Assembly (NCBI RefSeq): GCF_009914755.1
Contig: NC_060944.1
DNA length: 64,000 bases
Source: the human T2T-CHM13v2.0 reference genome, Homo sapiens
Strand: one strand, 5' to 3'
Shown here: piece after piece, positions 25,241 through 38,524 of the stretch
Layout: every line of letters begins with the position of its first letter
Position numbering within the stretch: the stretch's first letter is position 1
Program-made: the position numbers and the translations under genes
Notes under the pieces: model-generated
Told to the model about the DNA's origin: nothing
The model's database searches: none
The model's input: the letters and a program-made list of their open reading frames with translations, nothing else

Positions 25241-26089
25241 ATTTGTTTGTTTCAGGCTTCTAATCCTATCCCAGCCAGAGCCTGGGAAGAAGGAGATGAA
25301 ACCAAACCAAAAAGAATGTTTTGGTTGCCAACCATAAACAGAAATGCTCCTCTAAAGCAGCACTGACCACCCGTGGTTCTCTCTGCAGGGTCAGGGAGCT
25401 GAGTTCTTTTCCACAGGACAACCACCCAGGTCATAAACAAGCCACAAAGACCAAAACCTGGTCTTAACCTCAGACCAGGAAGAAGAAGAGCAAATCACTA
25501 AGCAAACGAAATTAAACCCCCAAACACTGCAAGTACAAACAAACCGCACTTCCCTCTGTGGAGTGAGATCAGGGCTCATCATTGGACACTGAAAATAAAA
25601 CAATTCTGTTTTCTCATTTTAAGGGTGGATGGAGAGAGGCTGGGGGCTTGAGGGACGTCTTTGGGAGCAGATTTCAGTGGGCAGCTTCAGGAACATAGCT
25701 TTCCCTGGGAAAACTTTCCAGAGTAAGTTTTCCTTGCTTTGAACTTTCATTTACAAAGTGAACAAAAAAATCACGTTCAAGAACTGAGGCTAGACAGCTG
25801 GCTCTGGAGCACAGACCCCTGGGAAAACGGGAGAACCAACCTCCCTTCCTTCGCCTTCCCTCAGCAGCCGCTCTGCTGGGGTTGCTTGGCACAGGCCAGG
25901 GACAAGCTTGCCGTTATGGAGAAAGTTTTAGTCTCATGCGTGAGCGTGTGGTCACACGGATAAGTCATTAGAGGGAAATCAGGGATGAAGGTTGAAGAGG
26001 AAGGCCACCACTCTCTGTTGGTGGAATGGTTATTTTGTGAAATGGAACCCGTGTTCAGAAAAGTGCATAATACGTATTTGTTATTATTA

Positions 26090-26740
26090 GCAGATTATTG
26101 TAAATTGAACATTCAGGTACCCCTTCCACTACATCATGATACAGATAGATACTCTGGAAGCCTTCTATGTCTCCCTGTCCAATCACAGTCTCCTTTGCTG
26201 CTTAAAAGTCATCATTCTTCTGACTTGAGGCACTAGCCTCCTTGTTCTCCTCTGTTTTTACACTGCCTAAGCCTGATCCCCTGAACACACAGAAGCTTAG
26301 TTCTGCCTGATTTTGGACTTTTGTGCCTGGTTTCTTTTGCTCAGTGGCATGTTGGATGCAGCCTCATTCTTCCTTGCACTGCTGATGTTTTGCTTTGGGG
26401 TGAGTCCACCATGAGGTGCTTATCCATTCTGCTGCTGACGGCTGCCAGAGTCATCAGCAGGGCACAGGGACTGTTCCCCATGCCGCTTCGGTGGACAACT
26501 TGGACATGTGTCCCACCGCACTTGTAAAATGCATTTCTGCTGGGGATATACCAAGTGTGCAATTGCTAGGGCCAGAGGGTCTTCACATCTTCATCTCTAG
26601 TAGACAATGCCAAACTTTCCAAAGGGTTGGCGTCAGTGTCTATGGCCCCCAGCATCATGCGTGGTAGCTCCGTGTTCTTGCTGGCACTTGGTACTGTGGG
26701 AACGTCACACTCCTGCTTGGTTGCCTGCCCCTGGCCAGAG
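26090..26740 (-). mobile_element. Ancient L1 (L1ME-like) 3' fragment
   Basis: ttatccattctgctgctgacgg...ggggatataccaagtgtgcaattgctagg...agacaatgccaaactttccaaagggttg. Confidence 0.55.
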
Positions 26741-26849
26741 GCTGGCCCTTTATCGGAGGAGGCCAGTGCACAGCAAGAGCCTCCAAAGCAGAGTGGGGAC
26801 CATTCACACCTGGACATGACTCCTATCTGTCCTGCAGGCAATGACTCCA

Positions 26850-27070
26850 GATGGCAAAGGGAAACAGACCCTGGAGCTCATGTCCCAGCTGCCCCTCTTG
26901 GCAGCTCTGTTATTTCAGGTGATGTCAGTAGCCTCCTGAGCCTCATATTATTGGATATTGAATGTGGGTAATAACGTGGATCTCACTGGGCTGTCGTGAG
27001 CATTAATGAGTTAATGCCTGCAAAGGATTTAGATGTGGCAGGCCCACAGTGAGTGCTCAATAGCTGACAG
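26850..27070 (+). mobile_element. MIR
   Basis: acagaccctggagctcatgtcccagct...gtgagcattaatgagttaat...cacagtgagtgctcaata. Confidence 0.7.
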
Positions 27071-27715
27071 CCAGAACTGAAGCCATCCCACGGTTCCCTC
27101 CCCCAGGCCCCCAGCGCACAGTGAGGATTATGTTGGATTCTGAGGATGGAGTATGAGACAAAAATGGCACAAGAGCACCATTGCCCGTTGAGTTTGGTAT
27201 ATCTGGACGCATCATTTTTTTGGTGAGTCTGACATAGCATTTCCCTCCAGCGCTGAGACACGGCATCCATTTTTTCTAGTTGAGTCCTGGATGAACGAGT
27301 TGGCTGACTTTAGGGGCCAGTCATATGGTAGGAAAAATTGTCTGTCTTTAAAGAGCACAGTTGCATTTGCCTGGGTGAGATGTTCAGGCAGGAGCAGAGC
27401 AGGGAAGAGCACAGAGTCTGGGAGGCTGGGTGTGGGCTCCCATTCCATGCTTGTGTGGGGCCCAGCGCTTGGAGAGCAGCTGAGATGGCCGGTGCTGTGT
27501 ACACACAGATGAAATTGCCTAGGATTAAAGTGCAGCTGAAGACTTCATTGTCTTGAAGACAAGGTCAGGGGTCCAGGAAACAGCATTGGATATATTGTAG
27601 CCCATCCAGAATTGGGCCTTTTAAAATTCATTTTCAACCTTCTGATTGTATCAAGGAGAAAGTTTCAAGTTCCTTATACGGAGTCCTTAAGCACTAATGA
27701 GTGCTAATCTCTCTC

Positions 27716-28413
<698 letters not shown>

Positions 28414-28675
28414 TAGGATTCTTGGCTCTTTCTTCTGGCCAGCACTGGTGAGCTGGTGGCCGAGTATCCTACCTGGGGCACGAGCCTCTGCAGCTACTCT
28501 AAAGGTGAAATCTTACAGAGTCAAAATCGGCCTTGAAAACCCTGTAAATATCCTGTAGGACAGTGCCCATGACTCTGTGGATTTACCCTGTGCATCCGTT
28601 GCATGTGCATCCGCACCGCAGACGCAGGAGTGCTCAGCGTCTAACAGAGTGTACGTGCCAAGTCACGTGACGGTG

Positions 28676-29432
<757 letters not shown>

Positions 29433-31489
29433 TGTGATGATGTATTTGAAGGAGAGAGAGAAGCAAAAAGAGGCGGAGACAGAAAGAGTCAGAGGCAGAG
29501 AGACAGAGATAGGCAGAGAGAGAGAGAGAACCCAGGGAATCCTGATACTGGAATTGGTAGGGTCAAGAGCATGTCTGGGGTACCACAGTATCCAAATGGG
29601 AACCTGGGTCAGAGCACCAGGCTTCTTGCCCTCACTTGCTGTGTGACTCCAGGCCAACCCCTTACCCTCTCTGAGTATCAATTTGCTGATAGAGAAGAAG
29701 GCTGTGGATCCCCGGAAACATCTCTAAGCTCCCTCTCTTGGACTTTCTGCCTTCCTGGCAATGCTGTGCTGAGGGGTAACACAGGAAAGCTTATCAGCTG
29801 TTGCCACCTGGCTGGAAGAAGCTTACAGTATCATTTCCTAAAATCTGATTTTGATGTGGCGGGGGTAGGGTGCTGCCTAAAGAGTCCATAGGAGTCTTTT
29901 AGTTTGAAACTGTAGAAGCCCAGTTCGAAATGGCTTAAGGGAAAAAGAAATAAAGAATTGATGGCTCGGTCACTGAAAAGATACAGGGAATGTCTAGCTG
30001 CCAGCCTGGGGTGGAGACAGCCACCACCACTCCCATCTCTGAGATGCATGAAGTGAGTGCATGTGCCCCACTGCAACTGCCCCTGCATTTGCCGCCAAGT
30101 TGCCATCTGATGGCAGTGACTGGGGTCAGGGAGAGGGAGGTCGCATGGGGCCGGGGGCCCTGGAGGACTCATCTGGTGGGGGGGAAGGGCAGGACCAAGC
30201 ATGTGCCAGTGTCTCACCGGAGTTCACCAACACATCACAAGCTCAAAGATAAAACTTAAGAATTTCAAGACAGTGACGGCACGGTATGAAATGCCTTCTG
30301 ATTCTGTGCCAGCCCTGACTGTTCTTTACAGGCAATGACAGGTTGTCAAGGGTAATCTTAAGCAGGCACCCTGTTTACTTTCGTGCACCACCTTTAGAAC
30401 ATAATCCTCTTTGCGCCCTCAGAGATCCAGAAGAAGGTTTGGTCCGTGTCTGGGTGCCAGCAGAGCCGGCATTCACATTTTCAGTTATGATTTCCTTTTT
30501 CTCTGTACATCGTTCTTTCTTTGTGTCTTCAGTTTTGCTGGGCACAGGCAGATGGGGTCTTGGAGGTTAACCTTGCCTGTTGTATAAGTCCGCAGAGTGT
30601 GCCCCAAAGCCCTCCTGCTGGTCCCAGTCCTAACTGCGGCTCAACAAATGCATAGCCTTGAACCATCCAGCCACCAGCTGTTTCTTCATCTGTGCAAGGC
30701 TGAAGTGGAGCCGGCTCCTCCACTTTTCAGAGTCTGAGAATTGCAGGATGCCCTCTGATTCATTCCGCCCACCTCCTACCCCACCCCTGCCCAGTCCTGA
30801 CCCCCACACCCATCCCATTCTCCTCTCCTTCTCCCTCTACCTCCTGCTGCCCAGAATCTTCTCTCTTGTGCTAGCCCTGAGTTCCAACAGAACCCTGTAG
30901 CCTGGTCTCTGGGGAGGGCCACCCAAAGGCCCCATTCCAAACCCTGCAGATCCTCTGGACAGGGAGTGGGGAGCAGGCACTGACCACCCCAGAGACAGCA
31001 GAGAGGGATACATGCTGAGAGACACATGCTCCATCCGTGTGACTTTTGCTTCTCGGACCACGTGATGCTGAAATGTGATTCATCAATATTTTGTGTCCAG
31101 AAGCCATCTGCAGAATCTAACAGCGAGGAGCTTGGTGCAATGTCTGACTTCGGTGTCTGCTGAATGTGTGCTAATTCCCTTTGTACCCAACACCTCTCCA
31201 AAAAGAAGGTGTCAGGTGGGGGTGGGAGCTAAGGGCTGGGAGGCAGCTTCCTGGGAGACTGCAGCAGAGGCTGGCCACACCACGGGTGTGGAATGAGTGA
31301 AGCTGCAGTCTGGAATGAGTGAACCTGCCAGGACTCCCAGGGATCCCTGGAAATGGAGATTGGATAGGAGCTCCAGAGAGGGAGGGAGGAGCTGGGATCA
31401 AGGGGATCAGAGGAGACTGCAGACTGAAAAACACAAAACAGAATGAGCCAGGCAGAGAAGGAGAGACTTTGGTGTGAAAGGCCCAGCCC

Positions 31490-31770
31490 CACTCTTCACA
31501 TGCCTTCAATAGATATGTACTGAGAACCTACTGTATACCAGGCACAGTGCCCAGGCCTGGGCATACAAGATTCCCAAGGCCCCTGCTCTACTGGGGCTGA
31601 TGCTCTAGCTGGGGAGGGGTGATGGATAGTAAGCAAGAAAACAATGGTAAACAAGAAATCCATATTATGATTGAGTGTTGTCAAGATGATTAAACAAGGG
31701 CATTAAGTAGAGAGTGTGCCAGGAGTAGAGGGGCTGCTTTTCCTTGGGTGGTCAGGGAAAGCCTCATCAT
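31490..31770 (-). mobile_element. L2 3' fragment
   Basis: ttcaatagatatgtactgagaacctactgtataccaggcacagtg...ggtggtcagggaaagcctc. Confidence 0.7.
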
Positions 31771-31821
31771 AAGAATGCATAACATCAAAACATGCTGGTC
31801 GCTGTCCTCAGCTCGTTTACT

Positions 31822-32328
31822 GTTGTAGCAGACACCAATATGTCCTTATTAAAGCAGCTTCCTCTCCCTCCTGGTCAAAGAAAACGACCACATTTCCCAG
31901 CCTCCTTTGCATTTAGGTCCTGCCATGTGACTTAAATTCAACCAAGCATATGTGGCTGGATGTAATGCAAGCTTCTTATAGGTCTGGCCCAAAGAACCTC
32001 CAAATCAACATCCTCTTGTTCCACCTGCCAGCCAGAATTACAGATGCCAGTGGAGAAGGTGGTGGAGCCAAAAGAAGATCGGAGCCTGGATCCCTGAGTC
32101 ACTGCATGGAAGGCAGCTGCTCAACAACCATGTGAGCTGGAAAACAACTTCTATTATGTTAGCCATGGAGACTTAGCAGCGTAACTGTCAGTTCCAGTTT
32201 GCCTGTAATTGTCCTGGTTTTAGCACTGAAAGTCCTGCTTCCTGGGGAACCCCTCAGTCTTAGGCAAACCTAAATCTAATCACCCTAGATTTGGAGGTCA
32301 TTTGGTATAGCAATTGAGCTGCCCTGAC
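31822..32328 (+). mobile_element. MaLR LTR (MLT1I/J-like) split by MER94
   Basis: catttcccagcctcctttgcatttagg...ccatgtgact...ggagcctggatccctgagtcactgcatgga. Confidence 0.7.
32177..32287. mobile_element. MER94 (hAT-Blackjack MITE)
   Basis: cagtttgcctg...gtcctggttttagcactgaaagtcc...gaacccctcagtcttaggcaaacc...tcacccta. Confidence 0.75.
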
Positions 32329-33529
32329 TGGTGTGTGACTTATAAGATCACACACCAATCTTATAAGATGGGTATTACTATTATCCTCATTGTGTAGATG
32401 AATAAACTGAGGCTGGGAAGAAGTTATTTCTCAAGGTCATCTTCCAGAAGGCTACTTAGCTAGTAGGGGAGCCAGGAATTAACAAGGAAGTCTGTCCCTG
32501 AGTTTGCACTTCAAACCATAAGGTTGCACTTTCTTTTCGGGGTCCTAGTGAAAAATGAGAAAGGAAAAATCTGGTGGAAATGCATCTCAAAGGCAACCTG
32601 AAAACTCCTACTTCAGAATCCACCTATCACATCTGTGTCTATTCATGGTTCCCTGATTATCCAAGGCAGACAGAAGCATGTCCCTCTCTGGGGAATTCTC
32701 AAAACATCCTCTCCCTATAATATCTGCAAGCTGTATCTTAAATCAATTTTTCCACAGTGGAGGGTGGATTCCACAAAGATGGAGATGTTGTTGTTTCAGA
32801 TTTATATTCCCTGGAATCCAACACTACCTCCAGCCTACAGTAGATGTTTAAGAAATGTTTATTGTGAGACCCAAACATTTACCAAGAGCTGAAGGACAGT
32901 GCAAAGGAGAGTAACAGAGAGATGCACAAACCAGAACAAAGTAGAAGAGATGCGTGGAGAGGCAGAGACAGACGTGGCAGAGAGCCATGGTCATCACAAC
33001 CCCTCCGAGTCCTTATCCATAAAGTGAGGATCATGATCTGGCTCTCTGCGGTCTAACAGACCAGCCTGCGAGTTCTTCTCTGTCGAGTCTGCAGTGGTCA
33101 GAGACAGCTCTGAGCCAAGGGCTGGTGTTCTTGGTGGGAGAGTGATGAGAGACATCTCGAACGAGACCTGGTGAGCTCAGCGTTCTAATTTGGATTCTTC
33201 AGGAAACATCTGATTACTTGGCACAGGGAGAGGCACTGCCCAGCCCAAACCGATGATTTTCCTTTTGAACAAAGGGATAAGTCACTGTGATCCCCTGTTA
33301 ACTGCCTGGCAGGATTCCTTGGGTGTACCAGGGAGTTCTCCATGCAACTTGGGTATCACCGGGAACTCCCTACCTTCCTGGTTGGAATATGTCCCTTTAT
33401 TTCCCCAGGAAAGGATCCCAGAAAAGGAGAGACCCGAAAACCTGAGCTGACTGGACACAAGGAGGAGAAGGGACGGGCTTCATCATCAGACACACAGGAC
33501 CCTTTCATTTCTGGAGATGCGATTCGATG

Positions 33530-33940
33530 TGTCAGGCTGTAGTATGGGATAGGGGTCTGGCTTAGCCCTGTCTTCCATTTCTCCCAGCCCACTGACTAGT
33601 TCATGGGTGAGCACTGGACCCAGGCTGATCCAATCTGTGCAAATCCTGAGACTTTTGTAGATTCTTGCTGGCAATGCTGATCTGGTAGGATTTCACCCTT
33701 GAGGTGTTGGATACATCTTTATCAGCACAAAGGCAGAGCCTGCCAGACAATGAAGCCAATATAGAGGGAAGCCAAGAGCTGGAGGGCTTCCTGAACACAT
33801 TAAGCCCCTGGATCTACCTATACCTGAAGCTGGAATTTCTTGAACTTTTTTGTTACTTGAGCCAATAAGTCCCCATTTGTAGTTTAAGTCAGTTTGAGTT
33901 GGAATTCTGTTATTTCTCGCATAATGAACTGGACTGTATA
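33530..33940 (+). mobile_element. Old MaLR LTR fragment (MLT1K/L-like)
   Basis: gcccctggatctacctatacctgaagct...gagccaataagtcccc...gtttgagttggaattctgtta. Confidence 0.6.
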
Positions 33941-34124
33941 TTTTTTCTGTTAGTCAACACTACCAAGAAGCCAGCATAACTGGGGAAAAAATAGTCTCTT
34001 CTAAGGCGGGTTACTGGGAGAATTATATCAGACAGCAGAATTCAGAAATGCACCTGAGAGACCTGCTTAGTCAAAGTCCAGCTTCTAGGAAGGCCCATTA
34101 TTTAAACTGTCTTGAACTCTCTCT

Positions 34125-34460
34125 GTGCTGGTCACTGGTTAATGGTGCATTTGTCTTCAGGCCCACTGCCTGCCCTTCTGCTGGGCTCTGTCCCAGGGAG
34201 CCCGGCCCCAGCTTCCCCAGACTCCCTTGTCTTTGGGCCAGGTTTGGCCAGTCCAAGCCACTGCTGGGGCCATGGAGCATGGAAGAAGGGAGAAGCCAGG
34301 GTTTTTCTCACCCTCTTTTTCTGCCAGGGGCCAAGGCTATGCCTTTTCTGTGGCTCTGGCACCCTCTGTGGTCTCTTAGGCCAACCTTAGCCTTGCTGGC
34401 TCGCTCCACACCAGTCTTCAGCCTGGCCCGCCAGCCGGCCGCTACGGGGTGATGAATTAC
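34125..34460 (+). mobile_element. LTR33-like ERVL LTR fragment
   Basis: cagactcccttgtc...aggtttggccagt...gaagggagaagccagggttttt. Confidence 0.4.
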
Positions 34461-34730
34461 TTTCTTCCCTGGGAAAATGAATGTTAAAGTTACCTGTTCG
34501 TCCTTTGCTGCTAGCTTCAGTGTGGTTAGGAGAAAATAGTTAACCCATTTAAGAGTAAATATTTTGAGGTTGAACTTACCAGAGACAGAGCCAAGCAGGT
34601 TTCCACCCCATGAAAGCAAACATGGTTCAGTAGCATCCCCATAGACCTGCCATTTCGCTGCTAAATGGGAAAGTGTCTGCTAATGATATTGGCATTCTGG
34701 TGACTGGAAGAAGTCCTATTCAGGACAACA

Positions 34731-34878
34731 CCAGGACAAAGTTCCCAGTATTTTGGTTCATATGCATGTAATAGATCAGCCCAGGACAAAGTTTCTAGTA
34801 TTTTTGTTCATATGCACCTTATAGATAGCCCAGGACAAGATTTCTAGTATTTTGGTTCATATGCATGTTATAGGTCAG
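34731..34878. repeat. Minisatellite, ~49-50 bp x3
   Basis: Unit ccaggacaaagtt(c/t)c(c/t)agtattttggttcatatgcatgt(a/t)atagatcagc starts at 34731, 34781 and 34830. Confidence 0.95.
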
Positions 34879-35458
34879 TTACATTGATCTATGTACTAGC
34901 TGGGGTACAAGAACATGTGTAAAATATGTTGATTTCTTATGCCTGTGTAAGGTTAATGGCCTAAGCCAGAATTACTCAAGGGCTTTTCAGGGAATCCGTG
35001 TCCTCATGTGCCCTGCTCGCCGTGCTTAGATTCCAAAAAGATACAGTGCAAGGAAAGGTGAGGTGAGCTGCACAATTTTTGTTCCGGAACAATCCTCTGG
35101 TCATGAATCCCAATACTTTTTACTGCCCTGATAAATTAGATGGGCATTTACTGCCTTCTCTTTGCAGTGTGGGAACACAGGCCTAAGAAGAAAACAAGAA
35201 AGGAGGGAGGAGGGATGAAGAGGTAAGCGGTAAATGTCAAAGTCGGCCTGGCCCAAGCCCTGAGACACGAGAGCAGCTTGTGAGCAGTTCCAGGTTTCAG
35301 GAGGAATCTGTCATTCATTTCCAGGCACGCCATGTACTTGAAATGTCATTGTCTCTCACCTGTCTGGGGGAGCTGAGCAAGACTGAGGCTCATGTAGGCT
35401 CCTTCCTCCCCGCATTCCCTGTCAGCCACTGTCTACCTCTGTCCCCAGCGGAGGAAGG

Positions 35459-35729
35459 TGATTGGTGGACATATTGATGTGTATGGAGGGGGATGCATCC
35501 TGATTCCACGAGGGAAGAATATGGGAACTCTACGTTTGAGATCATCCCAGACCTCACCCTTTGTGCCTCTTCATTTGCCTGGTCCTGATTTGTAACCTTT
35601 ATAAGATCGTAACCATCCATATAGCACTTCCCTGAGTTCTGCGCATTGTTCTAGTAAATTAGGAAAACTGAGTGGCTCGTAGGAATCCCTTATTTGTAGC
35701 CAGTTGGTCAAAAGTGTGGGTGGCTGGAC
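35459..35729 (+). mobile_element. MER21C-like LTR segment, left arm of inverted repeat
   Basis: ccagacctcaccct...ggtcctgatttgta...ccctgagttctg...tttgtagccagttggtcaaaagt. Reverse complement of 36137-36407 at ~94%. Confidence 0.85.
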
Positions 35730-36024
35730 CCACAAGTGAGGGGTGCAGCACCCACTTGTCCCTCTCACCCTGCATCAGCCAAGTGGGATGAGAAACAGCC
35801 GGATGCCAATGGCCAAAGGGAGCTCTTGCATGGTCCACGTGCCGTTGAGGTTTGGCTCTGCCAGGGGAATGGACAGACCTGGGCTCAGTCCTGGCTGTGC
35901 CTGCTGCTAGCGTGTTCCTTTCTGTGGCAATAAGATTGAGAACAGACTTGTGTGATCTGCTGAGACTGGGACTCATTTCCAAGTCCTCACTTGAAGTGCC
36001 CTCAGAAAGAAGTGAGGAAGGCAT

Positions 36025-36420
36025 GCTGCAATACTTCAACGCCATTCCCAGGCACGCCACCTGGGTTGGTGCAGACTCCACAAGTTCAGGACACGGTCCC
36101 CAACAAGACTGCCCTCCCTTCACACACCAGCTCCAAGTCCGGCCACCCACACTTTTGACCAACTGGCTACAAATCAAGGATTCCTACGAGCCACTCAGGT
36201 TTCATAATTTACTAGAACAATGCACAGAACTCAGGGAAGCGCTATATGGATGGTTACAATCTTATAAAGGTTACAAATCAGGACCAGGCAAATGAAGAGG
36301 CACAAAGGGTGAGGTCTGGGATGGTCTCAAACGTAGAGTTCCCATATTCTTGCCTCGTGGAATCAGGACTCATCCCCCTCCATACACATTGACGTGTTCA
36401 CCAATCAGCAAGCTCCCCCT
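36025..36420 (-). mobile_element. MER21C-like LTR segment, right arm (longer, probable donor)
   Basis: gcagactccacaagtt...ccccaacaagactgccc...gaccaactggctacaaatc...caccaatcagcaagctcc. Confidence 0.85.
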
Positions 36421-36819
36421 AGGAACCCAGAACAAAAGCCAGACACATTCCTTAATAGGAAAACAGGGTGTTGGACACAATCCTATTCCAGCCACACACC
36501 AACCCATCCTCCCCTCTGCTACCGCCCAGCGGTCTCCTCCCAGGTTAGAGACCAAAATGCATCAGCAGGAAAGCCGAGGTTAATAATTTGAGTGGACAGA
36601 AATTGTTTTGCCTATGCTTTATCCATTTCTCCTCCCTTTGAGGTCAGAATGTGTGTTTTTCTTGGGAAACCACCTGTCTCTCACTCTCACCTTACTCGGG
36701 TGTCCTGGACTGACCCTAGGTGTGAGTAGGTGACCCAGGCCTGGCCAATCAGAGCATCAGATTCACCAGCTGCCTAGGACCCCAGTCGGTTCATCAAAAT
36801 GCAAGTCTTAAATTGTCAC

Positions 36820-36914
36820 TGAGATTGTTAAACAGAGAGACATTCTTTTTATGCTGGATTTTATGTTGAGATTGTTAAACAAGAGAGATATTCTTTTTAT
36901 GCTGGATTTTATGT
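36820..36914. repeat. 47/48-bp tandem duplication inside an old MLT1 LTR (~36600-37110)
   Basis: tgagattgttaaaca(a)gagaga(c/t)attctttttatgctggattttatgt occurs twice. Confidence 0.92.
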
Positions 36915-37859
36915 TGTGATGATAGAAGCTGAGAAATGCTTGGAGACACCATATAGAGATAATTTGCCTACATAGGGAGCCACAAAATGCAAACAGAGAT
37001 AAGTGATTAAAAAGCCAGAAAGGCCGAGTCCTGATGAAAAGATTTAAGCCCTTGGATCTAGCCAGGCCTGAAATCCATCAGATCCCCTCTGGACATTTCA
37101 ATCATGGATCCAAAGAATTTGTGGGAGTTTTTTTTTGTTTTGTTTTGTTTTCATTTTCTTTAAAGTCCAGCAATTTTACTTGAACTTGGTGTTGGTCATG
37201 ATGGGTCACTATTCACAGGATGCAGCCTGCTCTTTTAACAAATAATTTCCAAGGTTTTGTTTTTGGAAGTTTTTTTGAATTATTATTTTCGGTATTTGTA
37301 TTGCTCCCTTGCTGCATTGTCTTTTTTTTCCTTGAGAGATTCCTTTTATCTGTAAGTTAGTTCTTGTCTCTATCAACACAATTTTTTACCCTCTCTCCTA
37401 ATTTTTGCTTCATCTGACCCTTCCGTCCACTATTATCTTCTCTGCCTCCTAAAATCTTTAAGACAATTATTTTATCAACAATCCCCCCTTCTCCCTAACA
37501 TCTCCAGATGACTCTCCCAGTCCCTCCACGGACCAGCCTTGCCTGTAATCTGACTCTCTTTGAGGACAAGCAGCCCCTCTCCAAGGAAGCTCTCTTTGTT
37601 TCCCTCACAATTCAGGCGCTCCAAGTCTAGAGGCAGGGTCAGCGCCCTCTCTGTTTTTCATGACAATCAATATATCACTTTCCTTCTTCCTATTTCAAAA
37701 GCACATCTTGCTTGAAGCTCTTGCCATGTGTCTTTAACTCCCGTCCAACATTCTCCGCCCCTCATCTGGAAACATCCCACTCAGTCCCCTTTATTCAGTA
37801 AAGACTGAAGCTCTTGGCTCACTCTTTTTTTTTTTTCAATCTCATCTAAGGCCCTAACA

Positions 37860-38065
37860 TCCACTCAGGTTCCAATCCTGGCTCCATCCTTTATTAGATC
37901 CATTACTGTGGGCCAGGTGCTGAATTTGCTTGTGCCTCAGTTTCCTCACTGGCAAAATAGGACTAAGTGGTCCTTACATAGTTGTTGTAATGATTGAATT
38001 AAAGTGCAGAAATGCTCAGAACAGTGCGTGGCACTAAATGTAGTCTGTTATTATTATTATCATCA
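37860..38065 (+). mobile_element. MIR
   Basis: ggttccaatcctggctcca...gtgcctcagtttcctcactggcaaaatagg...cagaacagtgcgtggcac. Confidence 0.8.
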
Positions 38066-38524
38066 TTTAAATTTTTATCTGGCTTGGCTGGAGGAGCACA
38101 AGTAGGCCCTTAGCTGAAGCTGAAATGTGAAGACTTTTTAAAGAACTCTGTGATTTGATTTTGGTGTCCCAGAAGGTAGCATCCTAGAGGTATTAATTTA
38201 TAAACCATTCACAGGAAATAAAGAATAAAATGTAACTCCTTGCAAGAGGGCTTGTTTATATATTTTATAAGTAGACTTTACCGCTTCCAACTACTGATCA
38301 AACCAGCTCGCCATCAACTCATGATAAAAAGTCCTCATTGGTAACAATAGGGGAGGAAACAGGAGCATTTCCTACATCCACCTTGGTGATTACCAATGTG
38401 TGAGACCTTTGCAGACCCATGGATGTACCAATATCCTCCAAGGGTGTGTTGGCATGGCCACCTCCTCCCAAGACCTCCCCATACCACACATCCCCCACCA
38501 CCGGCATCTCATGCCCACACCATC

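Noticed and set aside
34540-34669. TTAA-cccattta ... taaatggg resembling a piggyBac (MER85/MER75) MITE
   Set aside because: Only 8 bp of perfect TIR, the right flank is not TTAA, and the interior does not match the MER85 I recall. A Dfam search could revive it.
34731-34878. Regularly spaced repeats superficially like a CRISPR array
   Set aside because: Units are contiguous with no unique spacers, there are no cas genes, and the context is primate DNA. It is a minisatellite.
35571-36295. Two near-identical peptides on opposite strands, suggesting a paralogous gene pair
   Set aside because: A by-product of the inverted LTR duplication; LTR sequence is non-coding.
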